NCBI RefSeq assembly: GCF_937910895.1
Contig: NZ_CALEMI010000138.1
Coordinates: 5,280-69,279 of the forward strand
Source: an uncultured Dokdonia sp.
GTDB taxonomy: Bacteria; Bacteroidota; Bacteroidia; Flavobacteriales; Flavobacteriaceae
Length of the DNA: 64,000 nt
Direction of reading: 5' to 3'
Positions within the stretch are counted from its first letter, which is position 1, and the number at the start of each line of letters is the position of its first letter. A program made the position numbers and the translations under genes. Below are positions 55,997 to 64,000 of the stretch, one piece after another. Below the pieces are notes generated by a model, which saw only the letters and a list, made by a program, of their open reading frames with translations, did no database searches and was not told the DNA's origin.

Positions 55997-57121
55997 ATGA
56001 GTAAATATTATTTAACACTTACTACATTCCTTTTTACACTATTACTATCCTGTGGAAATGATGACAATTACATCCCAATAAGTGAAACCGATGATGATCC
56101 TATAATGACTGATGATGAAGGAGGCACAGATAATATGGGCGTCACTATTGACCTTACCGCGGTTCCATTTACAACCTTATCTGAATATGGTTTTTTTGAT
56201 GGGGAATTAAAAAACCTAATCCCTAATGATGGCGTTCTTGAATACTCACTTATAAATACCCTGTTTTCTGACTACTCTAAAAAAAAGCGCTTTATATGGA
56301 TGCCAGAAGGGGTTACAGCTACTTATGATGCAGATGATACATTATTAGTTTTTCCTGTTGGCACAATTATTATAAAAAATTTCTTCTATGATAATGTACT
56401 TCCCCAAAATGCAAGACGTATTCTTGAAACACGTCTTCTTATAAACACGATAAACGGATGGGAATTTGCAGATTATATTTGGAATGAATCACAAACAGAA
56501 GCTATCTACAATCTTGACGGAAGTAATGTGGATATCATGTGGGAATTAAATGGCGAAACAAGATCTGTTAATTATAGAATACCAAGCGAAGCCGAATGTC
56601 AAACCTGCCATAAGACAGGTGACACCTCTGTTCCCATTGGACCAAGACCTCAAAACCTTAATAGACAATTTACATACACAGACGGCACCACAGCAAATCA
56701 GTTAGACAAATGGATAGAAGAAGGGTATTTACAATCTGCTCCAACAGATATAAATGCTTTGGTAGATTGGCAAGATACAAGTGCTCCATTAAAAGAGAGA
56801 GTGCGTAGTTATTTTGAGATTAATTGTGCACATTGCCATATAGACGAGGGGCATTGCTCATACAGACCCATACGTTTAGACTATACATCATCTATTCTTG
56901 ATGAGAATATTGGAATATGTGTAGAACCTGAAGAAGATTTAGGAAATGGAATTTCACACATTATTAGGCCTAACAACATAGGGCGATCTGCTATGTATTT
57001 TAGATTGAATACGACTGCCGAAGAAGTGCGCATGCCACTTTTAGGAAGAACACTTATACACGATGAAGCAATAGTACTTCTCGAAGAATTTATAAACAAC
57101 TTAGACATAGAATGTGAATAA
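55997..57121 (+). CDS. SO2930-like di-heme c-type cytochrome lipoprotein
   Basis: Lipobox LLSC, LFSDYSKKKR, FPVGTIIIKNF, CQTCH, CAHCH, MPLLGR. Confidence 0.8.
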   Translation: MSKYYLTLTTFLFTLLLSCGNDDNYIPISETDDDPIMTDDEGGTDNMGVTIDLTAVPFTTLSEYGFFDGELKNLIPNDGVLEYSLINTLFSDYSKKKRFIWMPEGVTATYDADDTLLVFPVGTIIIKNFFYDNVLPQNARRILETRLLINTINGWEFADYIWNESQTEAIYNLDGSNVDIMWELNGETRSVNYRIPSEAECQTCHKTGDTSVPIGPRPQNLNRQFTYTDGTTANQLDKWIEEGYLQSAPTDINALVDWQDTSAPLKERVRSYFEINCAHCHIDEGHCSYRPIRLDYTSSILDENIGICVEPEEDLGNGISHIIRPNNIGRSAMYFRLNTTAEEVRMPLLGRTLIHDEAIVLLEEFINNLDIECE

Positions 57122-57137
57122 CTAAACTACACCAATC

Positions 57138-59186
57138 ATGAAAAAATTACTTTACACCTTTTTGCTATGTATACCTATGGTATTAGTAGCGCAATCAGGT
57201 CAAAATTGCGAAGAAGCAATCCCTGTAAGCACTGGAATACATACCGTAGACGTTATAGACGGAGAAGCACCAATTCCCGTATGTAGCACAGAAACCACAA
57301 ATCCTGCTAATAATGGAGAATGGTATCTCTATACCGCTCCTGCTGGAGAAGATGTATACGTTACCGTAACATCAGACCTAGAAGTAAACTCAGGAGGTGA
57401 TACACGTGTTCAAATATATGGAGGTAGCTGTAGTGATTTAAATTGTATCGTGGGAGATGATGACGGAGGAGATGTAGGAAATGGTTTTTTATCTATTGCA
57501 TCATTTCAAGCAGTGGCTGGAGAGTCTTACTACATTGCTTGGGATAACAGATGGTCTTCTAATGGCTTTGACTTTGAAATAAGTGAAGCAGATGCACCAC
57601 CTCCAAGTCAACTTACATTTACCGCTCAAGGGGTTTCTACGTCAGGATCTAGATTAGCCGTAGTAGATATGAATGGAGATTATCTTGATGATCTCGTATC
57701 TATTTCTGCTACTAACATCAATATCAATTATCAATTAGAAGGAGGTGGTTTTAACACTGTAAATATTAATACAACTGCAGCAGACAACACTCCATCATGG
57801 AGTCTTGCGGCTGGGGATATAGATGGTAATGGCTATAATGATCTTTTATATGGAGGCGGTAGTGGCGTTACTTTTATGATTGCTAATGATAATGGCACTG
57901 CATTTACAGAAATATCAGGCCCAGAATATGTTTTCTCTCAACGATCTAATTTTGTAGACCTTAATAATGATGGAAACTTAGATGCATTTGTATGTCACGA
58001 TGTACAACCTAATGTATATTATATTAATGATGGGGATGGCAACCTTACTTTCTATCAAGGAGCAGATCCTGACGGAATTCCTTCTGGACTAGGACTTGTG
58101 TCTAACGGAGGTAATTATGGTACGGTGTGGATTGATTATGATAATGATCGCGACATGGATCTCTTTATAGCAAAATGTAGAGGTGGTGATACGCAAGCAA
58201 AAATCAATGAACTACATAGAAATAATGGAGATGGAACCTATACAAACGTAGCTGGAGATACGGGTGTTAATCTTGCTGACCCTGTACAGACATGGTCTTC
58301 TGCTTGGGGTGATTATGATAATGATGGAGACATGGATGGATATATAGGAGCAAGCTCTACATCTGACGGACCTACAAAATATATGCGTAATAACGGAGAT
58401 GGTACATTTACAGATATTTCTGGTTCTGTAGATTTATCTGGAACACCCTTAGGGATAGAAAACGCACCTGCCGATTTTAATAACGATGGACATATTGATA
58501 TATTCTCAAATGGTCAGATTCTTCTTAATGGTGGCGATGGATTATCTTTTAATGTCATCTCACAGACTGTTCCCCAAAGTGGTGCTATAGGCGATGTAAA
58601 CAATGATGGATTCCTTGATATTTTCAGTAATGGCCTTTTTCTCAACAACGGAAACGATAATAACTGGATTAAAATTGTAACAATAGGAGATCAAAGTAAT
58701 AGAAATGGTATTGGAGCACGTGTAGAAATAACATCTCCAGGATTAGGAACACAAATAAGAGATGTTAGGAGCGGAGAAGGTTTCAGATATATGAGTACAC
58801 TTAATACACATTTTGGCTTGGGACAAGATGAGTCTATAGAGACTGTAACTGTGTATTGGCCTTCTGGAGTGATTACAGTTATAGAAGAACCAAATATTAA
58901 TGAAACGTTGATCATAAATGAGAATGAAGCTCTAAGTGTTGATGATATCACAGGGAACAATCTTCGTATATATCCAAATCCAGCTAGTGACGTTATCAAC
59001 TTAGAAACTACATTTCAATTAAAAAACGCCATATATTCTGTATTTACAGTAGATGGAAAACGTGTATTAAATGCTAGACTGAGTGAAACAAACACGATAG
59101 ATGTAAGCAATCTTGCTACTGGAAATTATTTTATACGCATCTTACAAGAAAATAGTACATACGTACAACAGTTTCTTAAAAAGTAA
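57138..59186 (+). CDS. FG-GAP/ASPIC-UnbV (CRTAC1-like) protein with T9SS C-terminal sorting domain
   Basis: DxNxDGxxD repeats, NRNGIGARV, HFGLG, IYPNPAS..GNYFIRI. Confidence 0.9.
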   Translation: MKKLLYTFLLCIPMVLVAQSGQNCEEAIPVSTGIHTVDVIDGEAPIPVCSTETTNPANNGEWYLYTAPAGEDVYVTVTSDLEVNSGGDTRVQIYGGSCSDLNCIVGDDDGGDVGNGFLSIASFQAVAGESYYIAWDNRWSSNGFDFEISEADAPPPSQLTFTAQGVSTSGSRLAVVDMNGDYLDDLVSISATNININYQLEGGGFNTVNINTTAADNTPSWSLAAGDIDGNGYNDLLYGGGSGVTFMIANDNGTAFTEISGPEYVFSQRSNFVDLNNDGNLDAFVCHDVQPNVYYINDGDGNLTFYQGADPDGIPSGLGLVSNGGNYGTVWIDYDNDRDMDLFIAKCRGGDTQAKINELHRNNGDGTYTNVAGDTGVNLADPVQTWSSAWGDYDNDGDMDGYIGASSTSDGPTKYMRNNGDGTFTDISGSVDLSGTPLGIENAPADFNNDGHIDIFSNGQILLNGGDGLSFNVISQTVPQSGAIGDVNNDGFLDIFSNGLFLNNGNDNNWIKIVTIGDQSNRNGIGARVEITSPGLGTQIRDVRSGEGFRYMSTLNTHFGLGQDESIETVTVYWPSGVITVIEEPNINETLIINENEALSVDDITGNNLRIYPNPASDVINLETTFQLKNAIYSVFTVDGKRVLNARLSETNTIDVSNLATGNYFIRILQENSTYVQQFLKK

Positions 59187-59245
59187 TTTTCACGCTATAA
59201 AAAGAGCATTAAAGCAGTTTTAAAATTTATCTAAAATAGATTAAT

Positions 59246-59269
59246 CCCAAAGAAGTTAACTTCTTTGGG
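59246..59269 (+). terminator. intrinsic terminator
   Basis: CCCAAAGAAG-ttaa-CTTCTTTGGG followed by GTTTTTT. Confidence 0.85.
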
Positions 59270-59625
59270 GTTTTTTATCTCTAAGATCAGGTGCCGTAGA
59301 GATACTAGTTAAGCATACTTTTTATGTCTATAATTTTTCATAAACACCACTATCACAAATTGTTAACAAAAAGTTAATATGCAACAAATATGATTATTTA
59401 TAGGCTATTGTTAAAGAATTAGGAATTCTTATTCATTACAATACGTACTTTTATAAAGGCCAGTTTGCAGATCAAAGTATACTGTATAGCTGGAACTCTA
59501 ATTTTAAATACGTCTCATACAATATTCAGATATATTTAAAAATTCTAAAATTTAGGAGTAAATAGTTGTGTAATTAACTTTTTATTGTGATTTTTGACAT
59601 TGGCTAATTCAAATAATTTATAAAA

Positions 59626-62600
59626 ATGAAAACAAAGTTTAGTGGAATTTTAACGCTCTTGTTAGCGTTTGTCGTGCAAGTTTCATTTGCACAAACAACA
59701 GTTTCCGGAACTGTTTCTGAAGAAAACGGACCATTGCCTGGGGCAAGTGTCTTAATCAAAGGAACTCAGACTGGAGCTCAAACAGATTTTGATGGTAACT
59801 ATACTATTCAAGCAAGCCCAAATGATGTGCTTGTTTTTAGTTATGTAGGCTATTCAAATCAAGAAGTTACTGTAGGTAATAAAACTACAATTAATGTTAC
59901 TCTTGCTTCAGACAATCAACTTGAAGAAGTAATCGTAACTGCTCAGGGTATTAAGCGTGAGAAAAAAGCGTTAGGATATGCTGTAAGTGAAGTTTCTTCA
60001 GAAGAAATCGAAAATCGTACAGAAGGTGATGTAGGACGTATACTTTCAGGTAAAGCATCTGGGGTAGCTATTACTTCTCAGAGTGGTGCATCAGGATCTG
60101 CAACAAATGTTGTTATTCGTGGGTACAACTCTATTAATGGTGACAACCAAGCACTTTTTATCGTAGATGGTGTTCCTTTTAGTAGTGACACAAACGCTGA
60201 TGGAAACTTTGCAAACGGTAACAACGGATCTTCTCGTTTCTTAGATCTTGACCCAAACAATATTGAAAGCGTAAACGTACTTAAAGGATTAGCAGCAGCT
60301 ACTCTATATGGTACTCAAGGACGTAATGGGGTTATCGTAATTACTACAAAATCTGCTTCTGCTCAAGGACAAGGTCCTAAGAAAACAGAAATCACAGTTA
60401 ACCAGTCTTATTTTGCAAATGAAATCGCTTCTTTACCTGATTACCAAAATACATACGGTGGAGGTTTTGATCAATCATTTGGATGGTTCTTCTCAAACTG
60501 GGGACCTTCTTTTACTGCTGGTGGGGTTGATGGATACTTAAATGATCCTGCTCAATTAATTGATGCTGATGGTACTGTAGAGCACCCTTACTCTTCTTCT
60601 TCTTTCTTACAAGGATTTTTGAATGGTAACAACATCTTATTTCAAGAATTCCAAGGTCAACGATACGATTGGAGACCTTATGATAACGTATCTGCATTCT
60701 TTAGAACTGGTGCTGTTTCTAATACTTCTATAAATATAAATGGAAGTTCAGAAAACGGAAAAGTATCTTACAATGTAAATTACGGACACTTAGATGATCA
60801 AGGATTTATCCCTGGAAACACAATAAGAAGAAATAACTTATCTATTGGTGGTAGAGCTCAATTATCTAACAAGTTTACAATCTCAGGATCTTTAAACTTT
60901 GCTAGAACTGACTTTTCAATCCCTCCAGTAGCAGCTTCTTTAGGAAACGGTACTACAGGATTCTCTGTATTTGCAAATGTATTCTTTACACCTCGTAACG
61001 TAGATTTAGCAAATCTTCCTTTTCAGATTCCTGAAACAGGTGGAAGCATCTACTATCGTGATGGTAATGACATTAACAACCCTAACTGGATTGTGGCTAA
61101 TGCAAAAGATTCTCAATTAACACATCGTGTATTTGGAACTGCAACGCTAGATTATTCTATATCTGATAACTTAAATGTTCAGTATAGAGCGGGTGTTGAT
61201 TTCTTTAACCAAAGAAACGAAAGCTATATTAATAAAGGAGGAGTATTAGGTGCTGCACGTGATGATATCCGTGGTGAGTATAATACTGGTGATATTAATA
61301 CTAGAATCTGGGATCATTATGTCGCTTTAAGCGGTGATTATGAGCTTAGTGACAAAATTGGACTTACTTTTATAGCTGGTGCTACGTCTAGATCTAGACA
61401 AAGAGAACGTTTCAGTATCAATAGTACAGATCAAATCGTATTTGGAGTTCAATTACATCAAAACTTCAGACAAGTAGTGGCTACACAAAATTTAGATTTT
61501 CAAAATATTGTTGGGGTACTAGCTCAAGCAGATTTTGATTATGATAATTTTGCGTTCATAACACTTTCTGGGCGTAATGACTGGGTTTCTAACTTACCTA
61601 CTGAGAACAACTCTCAGTTCTACCCAAGTGCTAGTATTTCTTTCTTACCAACAGCAGCGTTTGATGGTTTAAAAAGTGATGCGTTCAACTACTTGAAATT
61701 AAGAGCTGGTATCGGAACATCTGCTGGATTCCCTGGAGGATTCCCTACAACTCAAAATGTTATACAAACATTGAATATACAACAACAAGGTTTAGTAACT
61801 AACTCTATAGATAACTTTAGAGCAAATCTAGATTTAAAGCCTGAGCTTATTAGTGAATTTGAAGTAGGATTTGATGCTCGTTTATGGAAAAATAGAATCA
61901 GTCTTGATGTATCTTATTTTGATCGTGCAACTGAAGACTTAATTGTATTCCAAAACTTAGCACCATCAACAGGTTTTACTCAAACACAATCTAACATTGG
62001 TAAAGTAGAAGGTGATGGATGGGAAGTTGATTTAGGTGTTGACATTTTTCAAAGTGAAAACAATGGTTTCAACTGGAATTCAAGAGTTAACTTTACACAG
62101 TCTGAGCAAATCGTAACTGAGCAAGCTGATGACATTATTGTATATGCTGGATTTGGAAATTTAGGAAATGCAGCTATCCAAGGTGAGCAATTAGGTGTAA
62201 TCGTTGGAGATCGTATCTTAAGAGATGATAATGGTAATTTTGTTGTAAATGCAGCGGGTAATTATGTAAGCCAAACTGACATTACTTTAGACGACGGACG
62301 TAATATCCAACCAATCATCGGAAATCCACAACCTGATTATGTAATGAACTTTATCAATACATTATCATACAAGAATTTTAATTTAGGATTCCAAGTTAAT
62401 CATACAAAAGGAGGAGACATATATGCATCAACTATATCTGTACTTCTAGGACGTGGATTGATTGTTGAAACTGAAGATAGAGAAAATACATTTATCCTTC
62501 CTGGTGTAAATGTTGATGCTGCTGGAAATTCAACTCCAAACCAAACTCAGATTAACAACTCACAATATTACTTCTCAAACATATTGTTCGGCCCATCTGA

Positions 62601-62871
62601 ATTACAAGTATATGATGGATCTGTCGTTAGACTTCAAGAAGTTTCTTTCGGTTATAATGTACCTAAGAAATATTTAGAGAAAACACCATTTGGTTCATTC
62701 AGCATTACGGCTAGTGGATTTAACCTTTGGTATGACGCATACAATACACCAGATGGAGCAAACTTTGATCCAAACGTAGCAGGTGTAGGTGTAGGTAACG
62801 GACGTGGATTTGACTTCCTTAACGGACCATCATCTAAGCGTTACGGTGTAAGTGTTAAAGCATCATTTTAA
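59626..62871 (+). CDS. susC: SusC/RagA TonB-linked outer-membrane protein
   Basis: QTDFDGNYTI, LEEVIVTAQGIKREKKALGY, VLKGLAAATLYG..GVIVITTK, C-terminal F. Confidence 0.95.
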   Translation: MKTKFSGILTLLLAFVVQVSFAQTTVSGTVSEENGPLPGASVLIKGTQTGAQTDFDGNYTIQASPNDVLVFSYVGYSNQEVTVGNKTTINVTLASDNQLEEVIVTAQGIKREKKALGYAVSEVSSEEIENRTEGDVGRILSGKASGVAITSQSGASGSATNVVIRGYNSINGDNQALFIVDGVPFSSDTNADGNFANGNNGSSRFLDLDPNNIESVNVLKGLAAATLYGTQGRNGVIVITTKSASAQGQGPKKTEITVNQSYFANEIASLPDYQNTYGGGFDQSFGWFFSNWGPSFTAGGVDGYLNDPAQLIDADGTVEHPYSSSSFLQGFLNGNNILFQEFQGQRYDWRPYDNVSAFFRTGAVSNTSININGSSENGKVSYNVNYGHLDDQGFIPGNTIRRNNLSIGGRAQLSNKFTISGSLNFARTDFSIPPVAASLGNGTTGFSVFANVFFTPRNVDLANLPFQIPETGGSIYYRDGNDINNPNWIVANAKDSQLTHRVFGTATLDYSISDNLNVQYRAGVDFFNQRNESYINKGGVLGAARDDIRGEYNTGDINTRIWDHYVALSGDYELSDKIGLTFIAGATSRSRQRERFSINSTDQIVFGVQLHQNFRQVVATQNLDFQNIVGVLAQADFDYDNFAFITLSGRNDWVSNLPTENNSQFYPSASISFLPTAAFDGLKSDAFNYLKLRAGIGTSAGFPGGFPTTQNVIQTLNIQQQGLVTNSIDNFRANLDLKPELISEFEVGFDARLWKNRISLDVSYFDRATEDLIVFQNLAPSTGFTQTQSNIGKVEGDGWEVDLGVDIFQSENNGFNWNSRVNFTQSEQIVTEQADDIIVYAGFGNLGNAAIQGEQLGVIVGDRILRDDNGNFVVNAAGNYVSQTDITLDDGRNIQPIIGNPQPDYVMNFINTLSYKNFNLGFQVNHTKGGDIYASTISVLLGRGLIVETEDRENTFILPGVNVDAAGNSTPNQTQINNSQYYFSNILFGPSELQVYDGSVVRLQEVSFGYNVPKKYLEKTPFGSFSITASGFNLWYDAYNTPDGANFDPNVAGVGVGNGRGFDFLNGPSSKRYGVSVKASF

Positions 62872-62894
62872 TTGAAAAAATTTAAATTATAATT

Positions 62895-64000
62895 ATGAAA
62901 AAAATAATTAAATATATAATGGCAATTGCAGTTGCAAGTTCTGCTATGTTTTACTCGTGTGAGACTATAGAGCTTGAACTGGTAGAAAATCCTAATGGAT
63001 TGAGCGAAGACCAAGCTGATCCTGATTTACTATTAAATGCAGTACAACTTGGATATTTATCTAATATGGGCTATTTTAATGGTCAAGCATCTTCATTAAC
63101 GAGGCTTAATGTGTTTTTCTCTAGAGATTATTTCAATGGAATTACACCTGTGTCTGTAAACGCTGTCTGGACTAGAACATATTCTACGACAGGTACTAGA
63201 GGAATGATTCCTAATACGTTTGCAATAGAAGCTCTCAATGCTGCTGCTGGCGACGGTTCTTTAGATTATCAAGAAGCGGTTGCAAAAACACTTTTAGCTC
63301 ATAATATGATGCTTTTAGTTGACTTTATTGGAGACGTTCCTTTTTCTGAAGCTAACAATCCAGAAGAATTCCCTGCACCTAATGTAGATCCAGGAGCTTC
63401 TGTTTATGAGGCAGCTTTAGAACTTTTAACTGAAGCACAATCTTTATTTGCAGGAGGTGCTGTCGGTACGGATTTATTTTATAATACAGGCGCTGCTGCT
63501 AATGGTGATCAATATATAAAACTTATCAGAACGCTAAGAATGAAGGCTGCATTGACAACTGGAGATTTAGCTACTTTTACATCTATTGAGTCTACAGGAA
63601 ATTTCATATCGTCTAACGATGATGATTTTCAGTATAACTACGTTACGAATGATGTAAATCCTGATGGTCGTCATCCTGATTATGCTGCTGATTATACTCC
63701 TTCTGGAGCTGCGTTATACCAATCAAATTGGTTAATGAATCAAATGATAGAAAGTGATGACCCAAGAATCCGTTATTACTTCTACAGACAAAACGATTGT
63801 ACACCAGGTGCTTCTTGTGACCCTGATGGAGACGGACAAACATTATCTTGTTCTTTAATAGCACCTCCTGTACATTATGTAAATAATCCAAATGGTAATT
63901 TTGGTGATATCTTTTGTTTCTTAGAAGATGGGTATTGGGGTCGTCCACATGGAGATGATCAAGGAACTCCTCCTGATAGCTTCTTTAGAACTGCTGTAGG
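62895..64000 (+). CDS. susD: SusD/RagB lipoprotein, 3' end outside window
   Basis: Not in the ORF track. MKKIIKYIMAIAVASSAMFYSC lipobox, LVENPN, LLVDFIGDVPFSEA; follows susC. Confidence 0.9.
   Translation, partial: MKKIIKYIMAIAVASSAMFYSCETIELELVENPNGLSEDQADPDLLLNAVQLGYLSNMGYFNGQASSLTRLNVFFSRDYFNGITPVSVNAVWTRTYSTTGTRGMIPNTFAIEALNAAAGDGSLDYQEAVAKTLLAHNMMLLVDFIGDVPFSEANNPEEFPAPNVDPGASVYEAALELLTEAQSLFAGGAVGTDLFYNTGAAANGDQYIKLIRTLRMKAALTTGDLATFTSIESTGNFISSNDDDFQYNYVTNDVNPDGRHPDYAADYTPSGAALYQSNWLMNQMIESDDPRIRYYFYRQNDCTPGASCDPDGDGQTLSCSLIAPPVHYVNNPNGNFGDIFCFLEDGYWGRPHGDDQGTPPDSFFRTAV

Noticed and set aside
3240-63948. Many short ORFs antisense or out-of-frame to long genes (e.g. 3240, 9745, 13369, 21035, 25421, 33795, 46455, 56881, 58691, 63643)
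   Set aside because: They overlap well-supported CDS and have no motifs.
1-64000. CRISPR array, rRNA, tRNA, prophage, intact transposase or integrase
   Set aside because: None seen; the iterated palindromes are kilobases apart, not regularly spaced.

Overview
AT-rich bacterial chromosome segment. Gene content (SusC/SusD, a T9SS cargo protein, TAnnTTTG promoters) points to a marine Flavobacteriaceae (Bacteroidota); the genus cannot be fixed from sequence alone. About 50 CDS; I recognised no rRNA, tRNA or CRISPR array. Main results: (1) a bipartite motif GTGAC-N16/17-GTC(T/A)NN occurs 9 times between genes from 6.9 to 38.4 kb, each time pointing at the adjacent gene start. It looks like the promoter of a clustered ECF-sigma regulon, with an intact ECF sigma at 37513 followed by two small paralogous proteins. 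(2) A decayed second sigma gene is fused to a GIN-domain pseudogene and split by a 389-bp MITE with perfect 14-bp TIRs. (3) The palindrome GCTTTCGCGAAAGC occurs as 9 perfect copies, 3 of them inside CDS. (4) A membrane-spanning TPR-AraC regulator is flanked by two Cys-rich double-glycine-leader peptides, one with a regular lanthipeptide-like ring pattern. (5) A 56-codon uORF lies in the speA leader. Also present: a DgcN/DgcA-like D-glutamate operon, a split GT2/YaiO polysaccharide system, two RimK loci, a speA-speB-DHS polyamine cluster, PhoX plus cytochrome c peroxidase, and a partial BspA-type LRR gene with a T10 tract.
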